64,000 bases of DNA from Myxococcales bacterium (GCA_016707895.1 JADJGV010000034.1:821625-885624); one strand, 5' to 3'; numbered from the stretch's first letter, positions 30,825 to 40,562 are shown. Program-made: numbers and translations. Notes: generated from the sequence alone by a model not told the origin.

Positions 30825-32141
30825 CTACGGCGTCGGCGCGGGCAGCGCGGCGGGCGGCCGGCCGAGGTCGTGCAAGTAGCCGGCGCAGTGGCCGAGCGCC
30901 GACCAGAACCCGCGGTAGTCGCGGTACGTCAGCCCGAACTCGGCGCAGGTCGCGCGCACGACCGGCGCGATCGTCGGGTAGAGGTAGATCGACATGCTGG
31001 GGAACAGGTGGTGCTCGATCTGGTGGTTGAGCCCGCCCGAGATCCAGTTGTAGACGCGCGAGCCGGCCCGCCAGTTGGCGCTGCCCTGCACCTGCTGCGC
31101 GGCCCAGTGCGCGTCCGGGCGCGGCACCAGCCCCGCTTGCAGGTGGTTCACGATGAAGATCGACTCCATGTAGTACGCGCCGACCGCCATCATCACCAGC
31201 GTCGTCAGCACGCCGTGCACCGGGCCGAGCACGACGATCGGCGCGACGACGTGCATCGCGACCCACAGGCTCTTGAACGCCAGCACCTGGAGCCACGCGC
31301 CGCGCGACACGTGGAACGCGGCGTGGGTGACCCGCCCGCGGCGCAGGTGCGCGAGGTCGGAGACCAGCCACTTCACCAGGCCGATGCTCATGCCGACGCC
31401 GAGGATCACGGTCTGGACGCGGTGGATCGGGCGCCGGCGCAGCGCCGGGTGGAAGCGCAGGAACGGCGCGCCGATCTCGGCGTCGTTGTCGTGACCGCTG
31501 ACGTTGGGGCGGCCGTGGTGCGAGACCTGGTGCGACGCCTGCCACACCAGGCTCGAGCCGCCGACGAAGTCCATGATCGTGCCGAGCAGGCGGTTGGCGA
31601 CGCTGCGCCGCGCGACCGCCGCGTGGTTGCCGCTGTGCATCGCGAAGCCGAGGCGCGCGACCACCAGCCCGCCGAGCACCGCGGCCAGGTACGAGCCGGT
31701 CGCCAGCCGCCACGCCCACGCGCCGACGAACAGCGCCAGCAGCACCACGGCCTCGAGCACCAGCGCCCAGCCGAAGCTGCGGTAGTCGCGGCCGCGCCGG
31801 CGCAGCTCCTCGTCGACCCGGGTCCGCACCGCGTCGAAGAACGCCGGGTCGCCGTACGGCTCGCGCTCGCCGGGCGCCAGCGTGCCCACCAGGCGCCCCT
31901 GCTTGCCGAGCGCGCGGCGCGCCCGATCGAGCGACGGCCCGGGGTGGTACGACTCGAACAGCGTGGTGGCGTGGCGGCCGGCGCCCAAGGTCGCCAGCCC
32001 GCCGCCGGGGTGGCGCGGCACGAAGTCGGTCACGTCGTAGACCGCGCCCTGGACCTCGATCCAGTAGCTGCCGTCGCGCCCGTCGTGGCGCGCGACCTCG
32101 TCCATGGTCAGCTCGGCGGTCAGCTCGGCGGGCGTCGACAC
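30825..32141 (-). CDS. Cytochrome b5-domain fused to a membrane fatty-acid ('front-end'/sphingolipid-type) desaturase
   Basis: N-terminal heme-binding HPGG (DFVPRHPGGG). His boxes are HSGNH, HQVSHH and QIEHHLFP. Confidence 0.85.
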   Translation of the reverse strand: MSTPAELTAELTMDEVARHDGRDGSYWIEVQGAVYDVTDFVPRHPGGGLATLGAGRHATTLFESYHPGPSLDRARRALGKQGRLVGTLAPGEREPYGDPAFFDAVRTRVDEELRRRGRDYRSFGWALVLEAVVLLALFVGAWAWRLATGSYLAAVLGGLVVARLGFAMHSGNHAAVARRSVANRLLGTIMDFVGGSSLVWQASHQVSHHGRPNVSGHDNDAEIGAPFLRFHPALRRRPIHRVQTVILGVGMSIGLVKWLVSDLAHLRRGRVTHAAFHVSRGAWLQVLAFKSLWVAMHVVAPIVVLGPVHGVLTTLVMMAVGAYYMESIFIVNHLQAGLVPRPDAHWAAQQVQGSANWRAGSRVYNWISGGLNHQIEHHLFPSMSIYLYPTIAPVVRATCAEFGLTYRDYRGFWSALGHCAGYLHDLGRPPAALPAPTP

Positions 32142-32603
32142 GTGGCCCGCAGTGTAGGGATCCGCGCCGCGGCGATTGCCACGGCTTGGTCACGGCTGGC
32201 GCACCGCCGCGCAGCGGCGTCGCGCTGGGGCGGGGCGGCCGGTACGCTCGGGGCGATGCGCGCGTCGGCCGCCGTGCTGCTCGGGCTGCTCGTCGGCGGG
32301 ACGGCACGCGATCGGCGGGCACGTTGCCGATCGCGTGGACGATCACCCGCGACGACACCGGGTGCACCGCGCAGCCGGCGTCGCGCAGCCGGCTGACCCC
32401 GGCGCCGCCGCCATTCCCGGTCGCGTGCATCGCCGCCTACCCTCGAGGCGTGACCGAGATCGAGCGCGATCGTGACACCGGGGCCTGCGCGATCCCCGAC
32501 GAGCCGTGCCCCGAGGGGTGCGCGCTGCGAGCCGGCCGAGGACACGCCGGTGCCGTGCCCCGAGCCTGCGGGTCGCTGACGCCGGCTGCGCTACGCTGTC
32601 GCG

Positions 32604-33263
32604 GTGACCAGGGCCCACTACCCGGCGCGCTACCAGGACGCCCACGGCAGCGAGCACACGACGATCTCCAACGACGGCTCGTGCCTGCGGATGGTCGTGC
32701 GCGGCGTGGGGTGGCGTGGGCGTGACTTCGACCGGTTCGCGCCCGAGGCAGGGACGCCCGACGAGCTGCTCGCGACGTTCACGCTCGCCGGTGGCGAGCT
32801 GTGCCAGTGCGAGGTGGCGTGCGAGATCCCGGCCGTGGTCGTCGGCCCCGGTGGCGCGTCGACCGCGACGCTCACCGTCGCGCTCACGCTCGGTCGGCCG
32901 TCGCCGCGCGGCGGCATCGACGAGGTGACCCTGCGCATCGTGCTCACCTGGGCCGAGGGGCGGGCCGAGGGGACCGGCGCCAGCGGTTGGTTCGAGGACG
33001 AGCTCCTCGAGATCCAGCGTCAGCTACCGCCGGACGTCTACCTGCGGAGCTGCATCAACTGCCAGTACTCCGACTACAGCCCGGGCGGCCACGGGCTGTT
33101 CGGCGACCTGCTGTGCTTCCGCAACGCGAAGGACGCGTACGCTCAGGTCCGCTCGAAGGAGACGTTCTGGCCGGTGCTGCGGCTCGCCGAACGATCGGTG
33201 CAAGAGACCGATCACTGCGACCAGTTCGCGCGGCGCGTGCCCGGCACGGGCTACCGCGGCTGA
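32604..33263 (+). CDS. Hypothetical Cys-containing protein (GTG start; may extend upstream, see findings)
   Basis: The frame is clean with good codon usage. No family was recognised. Confidence 0.5.
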   Translation: MTRAHYPARYQDAHGSEHTTISNDGSCLRMVVRGVGWRGRDFDRFAPEAGTPDELLATFTLAGGELCQCEVACEIPAVVVGPGGASTATLTVALTLGRPSPRGGIDEVTLRIVLTWAEGRAEGTGASGWFEDELLEIQRQLPPDVYLRSCINCQYSDYSPGGHGLFGDLLCFRNAKDAYAQVRSKETFWPVLRLAERSVQETDHCDQFARRVPGTGYRG

Positions 33264-33269
33264 CCGCGG

Positions 33270-33980
33270 CTACGCGACCTGCGCGGCCAGCGCCAGCGCC
33301 AGCTCGACCATCCGCGCGAAGCCGCGCTGGCGCTCGTCGGCGGTGGTGTGGGCGCCGGTGAGCACGTGGTCGCTGACGGTGAGGATCGACAGCGCGCGGG
33401 CGCCGGCGTGGGCGGCCAGCGTGTACAGCGCCGCCGTCTCCATCTCGGCGGCGAGGACGCCGTGCGCGGCCCAGCGGGTCCACCAGTCCTCGCGGCGGGC
33501 GTAGAACGTGTCGCTGGTCAGCACCGGCCCGACCCGCGGCGGGCGTGGCAGGCCGGCGCCGAGGTCGGCGGCGCGGCGCAGCAGGTCGAAGCTCGCGGTC
33601 GGCGCGTAGTCCATGCCGTCGAAGCGGTGGCGGATCATCGCCGAGTCGGTCGAGGCGCTCATCGCCAGCACGACGTCGCCCAGCTGGAGGTCGGGCTGGA
33701 TCGCGCCGCAGGTGCCGATCCGGATCAGCACCCGCGCGCCGTAGCCGGCCAGCAGCTCGTGGACGTAGATCGCGCACGACGGCATGCCCATGCCGGTGCT
33801 CTGCACCGACACCGGGTGCGCGCCGACACGGCCGGTGTAGCCCAGCGCGCCGCGCACGCGGTTGTGGCAGGTGGCGTCGGTCAGGAACTGCTCGGCGACG
33901 AACTGCGCGCGCAGCGGATCGCCGGGCAAGAGCACCACCGGCGCGATGGCGCCGGGCGCGGCCTCGAGGTGGACGGTCAT
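33270..33980 (-). CDS. deoD: Purine nucleoside phosphorylase, DeoD-type
   Basis: PNP/UDP-family core (GDPLRAQF...VQSTGMGMPS...RIGTCGA...AAEMETAALY). Length is 236 aa. Confidence 0.9.
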   Translation of the reverse strand: MTVHLEAAPGAIAPVVLLPGDPLRAQFVAEQFLTDATCHNRVRGALGYTGRVGAHPVSVQSTGMGMPSCAIYVHELLAGYGARVLIRIGTCGAIQPDLQLGDVVLAMSASTDSAMIRHRFDGMDYAPTASFDLLRRAADLGAGLPRPPRVGPVLTSDTFYARREDWWTRWAAHGVLAAEMETAALYTLAAHAGARALSILTVSDHVLTGAHTTADERQRGFARMVELALALAAQVA

Positions 33981-34023
33981 CCCCGCACAGTACCGGAGCT
34001 AGCGACCGCCGCGTCGCGGGGGC

Positions 34024-34887
34024 TCACCCCAGGCGCACCTCGCGCGCGCCCTGCTTGGCGAGGTGGCGGATCACGACGCGCGCGTTCTGCGCCAGCGGCG
34101 TCGCCCGCAGCACCGGCGCCACCGTGGCGAACAGCTGCTCGGCGTCGAGCCCGTAGAAGTACAGCGCGGTCTCGCGCGGCCCTTGCCACGACCCGCGGAA
34201 GTCGAGGTCGTCGCCGAGCGCGACCGCCAGCTGCTCGAGCAGCTCCTCGAGGCAGGTCGGCGTGTAGACCTCCTTGGGCAGGGTCACGCCGTCGAGGTAG
34301 ATCGCCAGCCCCTCGGTGATGCCGACCGGCACCTCGACCTCCTGCCCGTCGTGCTCGTAGCGCAGCGACGAGCCCTTGGCCGCGCCGGTCTCGGCGAGGA
34401 AGCGGCGGATCACCGACAGCGCCGCGAGCGACGTGATCTCGACGTCGAAGTCGGCCTCCTGGATCTCGCCGTCCTTGCTGCACAGCGTGCCGCCGCCGTC
34501 GCCCGGCCCGCCGAGCCCGCCCGCCGCGAGCAGCTCGAACAGCGGCTCCTCGTAGCGCTCGCCGCGATCGATCGGCTGTACCGGCTCGGTGAGCGTGACG
34601 TTGACCGCGATCGGCGCCGGGGCGGGCTTGGCCTTGGCCTTGGCGGCGGGCTTGGCCTTGGTCTTGGCCTTGGCCTTGGCGGCGGGCTTGGCCTTGGTCG
34701 CGGCCTTGGCGGCGGCCTTGGTCTTGGCGGCGGGCTTGGCCTTGGTCGCGGCCTTGGCGGCGGGCTTGGCCTTGGCCTTGGCGGCGGGCTTGGCCTTGGC
34801 TTTGGCCTTGGCCTTGGCGGCGGGCTTGGCCTTGGCAGCGGGCTTGGCCTTGGCCTTGGGCTTCGCCTTCGTCGGCTTGGTCGGCAT
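34024..34887 (-). CDS. Histone H1-like protein: N-terminal (K/A)KPAA repeat tail plus a C-terminal globular domain
   Basis: The first ~110 aa are AKAKPAAKAK repeats. The C-terminal half is a non-repetitive domain. Confidence 0.7.
   Translation of the reverse strand: MPTKPTKAKPKAKAKPAAKAKPAAKAKAKAKAKPAAKAKAKPAAKAATKAKPAAKTKAAAKAATKAKPAAKAKAKTKAKPAAKAKAKPAPAPIAVNVTLTEPVQPIDRGERYEEPLFELLAAGGLGGPGDGGGTLCSKDGEIQEADFDVEITSLAALSVIRRFLAETGAAKGSSLRYEHDGQEVEVPVGITEGLAIYLDGVTLPKEVYTPTCLEELLEQLAVALGDDLDFRGSWQGPRETALYFYGLDAEQLFATVAPVLRATPLAQNARVVIRHLAKQGAREVRLG
34610..34870. repeat. Degenerate tandem repeats (GGCCTTGGC/GGCGGGCTTGGCCTTG units) encoding the KAKPAA tail
   Basis: The periodic repeats are visible directly on the plus strand. 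Confidence 0.7.
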
Positions 34888-34984
34888 GCCGCGATCTCAG
34901 CCGTGCGCGGCGCGCAGGTCAACCCCGCGCGAAATGCGTGTGCGCGATCGCCGCGCGTCGCGGCGCCATGTGACGCTCCGCCGC

Positions 34985-35776
34985 ATGTCGCTCACGTTCG
35001 TCGATCTGGACACCGCCAAGACCGCGACCGATCCCGTGCTGGTCACGTCGAGCCTGGTGCCGAGCCCGTGGTCGGAGGCCGCGAAGGGCCTGTTCCGGCT
35101 GGCCCGGGTGCCGGTGCTGGTGGTGCGGCGCGGCCTCGACAAGACCGCCATCGACGCGTGGACCGGCGTCGACAACGTGCCGGCGCTGCGCCACGGCATC
35201 GAGCCGGTGCGCACCAGCTGGGCCGCGATCACCGCGCTGGTGGCCCGGCTCGGCGTCGGGCGGGGCGGGCCGCCGCTGGTGCCCGACGCGCCGGCGGCGC
35301 GCGCCGCGGCGTACGGGACGCTGCACGAGATCGCCGGCGAGGGCGGCGTCGGGTGGAACGCGCGGCTGGCGATGATCGACGCCGGGCGCGCCAGCGACGG
35401 CGCCCGCGGCTTCCCGGCGCCGGTGTCGAAGTTCCTCGGCCGCCGCTACGGCTACGCCGCCGGCGAGGTCGAGGCCAGCCGCGCCCGGATGGCCGCACAG
35501 CTGGCGTTCCTCGACGAGCAGCTCGCCGCGCAGCGCCGCGCCGGGCACGCGTATTTCGGCGGCGCCGCGCCGTCGGCGATCGACGTCTACGTCGCGACGT
35601 TCCTGACGCCGGTCGCCGCGCCGATCAGCGAGGCCGACTGCCCGGGGCTGACGCCGCTCCTGCGCCAGGCCTTCGCCACCGCCCACGAGGCCCTCGGCGG
35701 GCTGGTGCCGCCGGCGCTGCTCGCGCACCGCGCCCACATGTTCGCCACGCACCTGGCCTGGCCGATCGAGCTGTAG
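34985..35776 (+). CDS. Glutathione S-transferase-like (thioredoxin-fold/GST C-terminal-like) protein
   Basis: The start is at MSLTFVDLD. Fold-level resemblance only. The long upstream extension in the ORF track is Ala/Leu nonsense. Confidence 0.5.
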   Translation: MSLTFVDLDTAKTATDPVLVTSSLVPSPWSEAAKGLFRLARVPVLVVRRGLDKTAIDAWTGVDNVPALRHGIEPVRTSWAAITALVARLGVGRGGPPLVPDAPAARAAAYGTLHEIAGEGGVGWNARLAMIDAGRASDGARGFPAPVSKFLGRRYGYAAGEVEASRARMAAQLAFLDEQLAAQRRAGHAYFGGAAPSAIDVYVATFLTPVAAPISEADCPGLTPLLRQAFATAHEALGGLVPPALLAHRAHMFATHLAWPIEL

Positions 35777-35802
35777 CCGTGCCTCCGGTCGATCGTGCGG
35801 CG

Positions 35803-36397
35803 ATGGCTCGAGATCCGATGGCGCCGTTGGTGATCCTCCTCGCGCTCGGCGCGTGCGGCCAGCGCGACGACGCGGTCCCGCCCCAGGCCGGTGCGGCCGC
35901 GCCGGTGCCCAAGGCGACGCTCGCCGCCGACCCGTTCACGCCTCGCGACGTCAGCAGGGCGGCGCTGGTGCGCGTCGAGGACGCGGTGCCGGGCGCGCCG
36001 TTCGCGATCGAGCTGCCGACCGGGCTGGTCCGCGAGGCCAAGGGCGCCTACGTCACCTGGCGCTGGCCCGACGGCACGTTCAACGCGCCGTCGATCACCG
36101 TGATGACCGTGGACCGGCCGCCGGCGACCCTCCGAGGCGGCGGTGGCGGCGGCCAAGCTCACCAGCGACCCCGCGCTGGTGGTCGCGACGCAGCAACAGG
36201 TGCACGACGGCTTCCTGGTCAGCGTGCACCGGCCCGACGATCACTACATGGCGACCGAGCTGACCCGCACGTTCGGCGGCCAGGCGCTGCGGTGCTTGGT
36301 CGTGTATCGCACCACCGCCAAGCAAGGCCCGATCCCGGCGCGCGCCCTGACCACCACGCTGGCCGAGACGATCTGCGTGTCGCTCGCGCCGCGGTGA
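35803..36397 (+). CDS. Hypothetical lipoprotein with an apparent frameshift near 36130-36136
   Basis: Frame 1 reads MARDPMAPLVILLALGACGQ...ITVMTVDRPPATL. Frame 2 reads EAAVAAAKLTSDPALVVATQQ...SLAPR*. The junction is at CCC/GGCGG. Confidence 0.5.
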
Positions 36398-36486
36398 CGA
36401 TCGGCGCGACGACATGTCGCGCCGCGCGCCGGCGGCCGCGGCGGTAGCGTGGACAGGCCGTGGCGGGTTGCCCGGCGTCCCCCCTG

Positions 36487-37512
36487 ATGTCCAGCTCGGA
36501 ACCGCCCGTCGCCATCGACGATGTCGCGATCGTCGACGCCCTGCCGGCCGCCGTCGTCGTGATCGACGACCACGGCACGATCATCCGCGCCAACCCGCGC
36601 GCCTGCGAGGTGCTCGATCGGCCGACGTTGCTGGGCCTGTCGATCCACGTCGTGCTGGGGCCGTGGCCGCTGCCGCCGCTGTCCGAGCCGATGCGCGCCG
36701 AGCGCAACGTGGTGCGGCCCGACGGCAGCCCGCGCACCGTGGGGCTGGCCGCGTCGCCGATCCCGGGCGGCGGCATGGTGATCGTGTTCCAGGATCTGGC
36801 GCGCTGGCAGCGGCTGCGCGACGAGCGCGATCGGCTGATGCGCCTGGCGATGGTGGGCGAGGCGCTGCCGACGATCCTCCACGAGCTCAAGAACCCGCTC
36901 GCGGCGCTGATCGCGGCCAGCGAGATCCTGATCGAGGACACCCCGGCGGGCGCGGTGCAGGATCAGCTCCACGCGATCGTCGGCGAGGCCCGCCGGCTGC
37001 GGCTGGGCCTCGACGGCATCGGCTCGGTCGGGCGGGCGCTGGCGTCGCCGCGCTACCAGGTGATCGATCAGGCCTGCCGCGAGGCGTTCAAGGTGCTCGA
37101 GCTCCGCGCCAACCGCGCCGGGATCGCCACCCGCTGCGACGTGCGCGACCTGCCGTTGCTGCCGCTCGAGGCCGCGGTGGTGCGGGCGATGGTGTTCAAC
37201 CTGGTCAACAACGCCATCCACGCGTGCGCCGCCGGCGCGGCGATCAACCTCCACGCGCGCCTGATCGACGATGGCCGGTGGTTCGAGTTGACCGTCGTCG
37301 ACACCGGCTCGGGCATGCCCCACGACGTCCTGGTCCGGTGCACCGACCTGTTCTACTCGACCAAGCGCAACGGCTCGGGCATCGGCCTGGCCGTGGTGCG
37401 GCAGGCCGTCGTCGACGCCGGCGGCCGCCTCGACGTCGAGTCGGTGCCGGGGTTCGGCACCGGCATCACCGCGCGCATCCCGGTCACGCCCGAGGCGCGC
37501 CCGGCGGCCTGA
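36487..37512 (+). CDS. PAS-domain sensor histidine kinase (cytoplasmic)
   Basis: PAS-like N-terminus. H-box ILHELKNPLAAL. N/G boxes are NLVNNAIHA and VVDTGSGMP...GSGIGLAV. Confidence 0.85.
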   Translation: MSSSEPPVAIDDVAIVDALPAAVVVIDDHGTIIRANPRACEVLDRPTLLGLSIHVVLGPWPLPPLSEPMRAERNVVRPDGSPRTVGLAASPIPGGGMVIVFQDLARWQRLRDERDRLMRLAMVGEALPTILHELKNPLAALIAASEILIEDTPAGAVQDQLHAIVGEARRLRLGLDGIGSVGRALASPRYQVIDQACREAFKVLELRANRAGIATRCDVRDLPLLPLEAAVVRAMVFNLVNNAIHACAAGAAINLHARLIDDGRWFELTVVDTGSGMPHDVLVRCTDLFYSTKRNGSGIGLAVVRQAVVDAGGRLDVESVPGFGTGITARIPVTPEARPAA

Positions 37513-37531
37513 GCGGCGGCGCGGCGGTCGA

Positions 37532-38149
37532 TCACGCGGCGGCGCGGGCCGCGATCCGGGCGCGCCGGGGCCCTCGGCGGGCGTCGCGCGCGGCGAGGGC
37601 GCCGACCTGCGCGAGCCAGCGGTCGCGCGCCGCGGCGTCGAGCGCGCGGGTGCGGTGGATCGTCGTGAACGCGACCGGCGCCAGCCCGCAGAACGCCAGC
37701 GTGCCGCGGCCGAAGCTCGCGTGCAGCGTCCGCCGCAGCGCCAGGCGATACCACCAGCCGGGGCTGTCCATGGTCGTGACCACCCGGCTGGCGCGGCCCG
37801 CGAGCAGGCCGGTGGGCAGCGCGTGGCCCTCGAAGCGGAACGCCCAGCCCGGGAGGAACACCCGGTCGACGAAGCCGCGCACCACCGCCGGCGGCGCCGC
37901 CCAGTAGGTCGGGAACACCCAGATCAGGTGATCGGCGCGCTCGATCGCCGCGCGGGCGGCGAGCAGGTCGGGCTCGAGCGGCTGGTCGGTGCGGTAGCCG
38001 TGGCGGAGCACCGGGTCGAACCGCAGCGCGGTCAGGTCGAGGCGCTCGACCGCGCCGCCCGCCGCGAAGCCGTCGGCGTAGGCGGCGGCGAGGCGGTGGT
38101 TGAACGAGCCGGGGTCGGCGTGGCCGAGCAGCACGAGGGCGTTGGGCAT
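37532..38149 (-). CDS. Flavodoxin-like fold NAD(P)H-dependent (quinone) oxidoreductase
   Basis: MPNALVLLGHADPGSFNHRLAAAYADGF...IWVFPTYWAAPPA is typical of the NQO1/MdaB-like family. Confidence 0.75.
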   Translation of the reverse strand: MPNALVLLGHADPGSFNHRLAAAYADGFAAGGAVERLDLTALRFDPVLRHGYRTDQPLEPDLLAARAAIERADHLIWVFPTYWAAPPAVVRGFVDRVFLPGWAFRFEGHALPTGLLAGRASRVVTTMDSPGWWYRLALRRTLHASFGRGTLAFCGLAPVAFTTIHRTRALDAAARDRWLAQVGALAARDARRGPRRARIAARAAA

Positions 38150-38168
38150 GGCCTCATCCTGGCGACGC

Positions 38169-38204
38169 CTGCGATGCAGCAATAGCGGTATGATCGCATC
38201 GCAG
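38169..38204. promoter_or_regulatory. Inverted repeat CTGCGATGC-N18-GCATCGCAG in the divergent oxidoreductase/LysR promoter region (candidate LysR site)
   Basis: Perfect 9-bp arms lie between the two start codons. Confidence 0.45.
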
Positions 38205-38218
38205 ATATGCGAAGACGC

Positions 38219-39127
38219 ATGGCAGCCCGGCCGCCGCCGGTGCCCGGCCCGACCCTCGGCCGGGCCGCCTGGGACGACGTCCGGGTGCTGCTCGCGGTGC
38301 TGCGCCACGGCAGCTTCACCGCCGCCGCCCGGGCGCTGGCCACCGAGCAGTCGACGGTCAGCCGGCGGATCGCCGCGCTCGAGGCGGCGCTGGGCGTGGC
38401 GCTGTTCGAGCGCGGGCGGCGCGCGCCGACGCCCACCGAGGCCGCGCGGCGCCTGCGCCCGGCGGCCGAGCGCGTCGAGGCCGAGGTCGGGCAGCTGATC
38501 GACGCCGCCGCCGAGCCGCGCCCGGACGCGGTGCGGGGCCGGGTCCGCGTCGCCACCACCGACGAGCTGGCCGCCCACGTGCTGGTGCCGCAGGCGCTGC
38601 CCGGCCTCCGCGCCGCCCACCCGGCGCTCACCGTCGAGCTGATCACCAGCTACGCCGCGGCCGACCTGATCGGGCACCAGGCCGACGTCGGCGTGCGGTT
38701 CTTCCCCACCACCCGCGGCGAGCTGGTCGGACGCCGGATCGCGCGGCTGCCGACGGCGATCCTGTGCGCGCGCGGCAAGGCCGCGGCGTGGCGCCGCCGC
38801 GCGCTGTCCGAGCTCGACTGGATCGAGGTCGAGCTGGCCGGGCTGGCGACGCCCGAGTCGGCGTGGCTCGCCGCGCACGTCGCGCGGCCGCCCAGCCTGG
38901 TGTGCACCAGCTACCAGGTGCAGCTGGCCGCGATCCGCAGCGGGCTCGGCGTCGGCGTCGGCCCGCGCGCCTACGCGCGGTTCGATCGCGGGCTCGACAT
39001 CCTCGATGGGGCCGACCTGCCGGCGCTCGACGTCTACCTGGTCACCCGCCGCGCGATCCGGCATCAGCCGCGGATCGCGGTGGTGCTCGACGCGGTGGCG
39101 GCCGCGATCGGCGCGCTGGCCGAGTGA
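38219..39127 (+). CDS. LysR-family transcriptional regulator
   Basis: N-terminal HTH (LLAVLRHGSFTAAARALATEQSTVSRRIAALE). It is divergent from its probable target. Confidence 0.85.
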   Translation: MAARPPPVPGPTLGRAAWDDVRVLLAVLRHGSFTAAARALATEQSTVSRRIAALEAALGVALFERGRRAPTPTEAARRLRPAAERVEAEVGQLIDAAAEPRPDAVRGRVRVATTDELAAHVLVPQALPGLRAAHPALTVELITSYAAADLIGHQADVGVRFFPTTRGELVGRRIARLPTAILCARGKAAAWRRRALSELDWIEVELAGLATPESAWLAAHVARPPSLVCTSYQVQLAAIRSGLGVGVGPRAYARFDRGLDILDGADLPALDVYLVTRRAIRHQPRIAVVLDAVAAAIGALAE

Positions 39128-39164
39128 GCGCGCCACCCGCGGCGCGCCGTGGTACCAGCGCCGC

Positions 39165-39596
39165 ATGGGTGAACCGCTGCCGGCGCACGCCGGGTTCCTG
39201 GGGACCTGGGTGCTGCTGCCCGAGACCTGCGTCTACGAGCAGGGCCTGCCGCCGCGCGCCGGCACCTACCGCATCGAGGAGGACGGCGACGCGCTGCGGT
39301 TCACGATCGACTGGATCGCGGCCGACGGCGCCGCCCACGCGGTGACGTTCGCCGGGCGCCCCGACGGGGTCGCGGTCCCGTTCGCCGGCGGCGACGCGGT
39401 CGACGCGATGGCGATCACGCTGGCGTCGCCCCGCGACCTGCGCTCGACGGCGTTCTGGCGCGGGCAGGAGCGAATGGTCGCGCAGCGGCAGCTCGACGCC
39501 CGCGGCGACGCGATGCGCGTGACCCAGCTGGTGCGGTTCGCCGACGGCACCCACGCCGCCAACGTCGCCGTGTACCGGCGCCACGCGCCGTCGTGA
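39165..39596 (+). CDS. Hypothetical protein (lipocalin-like/beta-rich)
   Basis: Clean frame MGEPLPAHAGFLGTWVLLPE... Confidence 0.5.
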   Translation: MGEPLPAHAGFLGTWVLLPETCVYEQGLPPRAGTYRIEEDGDALRFTIDWIAADGAAHAVTFAGRPDGVAVPFAGGDAVDAMAITLASPRDLRSTAFWRGQERMVAQRQLDARGDAMRVTQLVRFADGTHAANVAVYRRHAPS

Positions 39597-39653
39597 CCTG
39601 CGCGGCGTGCGCCCACTCGAGGTCGAGCAGCGTCGGGCAGCTGGTGTCGCCGG

Positions 39654-40562
39654 TCACGGCGCGCGCACGGTCTCGACGTGGACGAACTGGTCGGCGTAGC
39701 TCTCGAGCACGGCGCAGCCGCGCGGCGTCTCGAGCCGGGCCTGGTGGTGGACCTCGATCCACGCGTTCTCGATGTACGTGCCGATGCCGGTCTCGCCGGC
39801 GAGGATCAGCCGATCGAGGAGCGCCGCGGGGATCGTGAGCTCGCCGGCGGCGGCGGGCGCGACGCACTCGACGTAGGCGCGGACGCCGTGGTGATCGCTG
39901 TCGAAGTGCACGAGCACCTCGGCCTCGGCCGGCGTGGCGATCGGGGTCCACGCGACGTCCATCGGCGCGTGCTCGCGCGCGACCAGCTGGGTGGTCGGCA
40001 AGGCCAGCGGCGGCACGCCGCGCACGGTCGCCGAAAGCGCCGCGACCGGGCCGGCGCCGGCCAGCGCCAGCGTGATCGGATCGCCGGGGCGGTACAGGCC
40101 AGGGTAGCCCTGGTCGGCGTAGTAGCCGTTGCCGGCGCGCGGCGTCAGCGTCACCGGCGGCGTCGTGCCGGTAACGGTGAACGCGCCCGCGGCCAGCGCC
40201 TCGGGGTAGTCGGCGCAGCGCCCGTCGACGTCGCACACCTGGGCGCCGCCGCAGGCCGGCTCGCACAGCGCCGGGCGCGCGCCGACGAACCGGCAGCTGC
40301 CCTCGGTGAGCAGCGTCGCCTCGAGGCGCGGGTGCGGGAACGCCAGCAGCTGGCCGCCGACCTGGCTGCCGAGGCGCGCGCTGGCGCCGGGCTCGGCGAC
40401 GACCGAGAACCGCGCGCTGGGTTCGCGGTCGCTGGCGCAGCTGGGGTCGACGGGCGGGCCGTCGGGGCCGGCGTCGCCGCCGCTTGCGCCGTCGCCGCCG
40501 CAGCCGGCGTGGGCGACGAGCAGCGCGAGCGACCAGGTGGCGCGGAGCAGCGGCGGGCGCAT
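39654..40562 (-). CDS. Secreted Cys-containing lipoprotein
   Basis: Signal peptide plus lipobox LLVAHAGCGG. Confidence 0.6.
   Translation of the reverse strand: MRPPLLRATWSLALLVAHAGCGGDGASGGDAGPDGPPVDPSCASDREPSARFSVVAEPGASARLGSQVGGQLLAFPHPRLEATLLTEGSCRFVGARPALCEPACGGAQVCDVDGRCADYPEALAAGAFTVTGTTPPVTLTPRAGNGYYADQGYPGLYRPGDPITLALAGAGPVAALSATVRGVPPLALPTTQLVAREHAPMDVAWTPIATPAEAEVLVHFDSDHHGVRAYVECVAPAAAGELTIPAALLDRLILAGETGIGTYIENAWIEVHHQARLETPRGCAVLESYADQFVHVETVRAP

Noticed and set aside
34063-36447. 794-aa plus-strand ORF covering the histone-like gene antisense region and downstream genes
   Set aside because: It starts antisense to the KAKPAA gene (giving GLG repeats as the mirror image of the KAKPAA repeats). 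It merely runs through the frames of 34985..35776 and 35803..36397. It is not a single gene.
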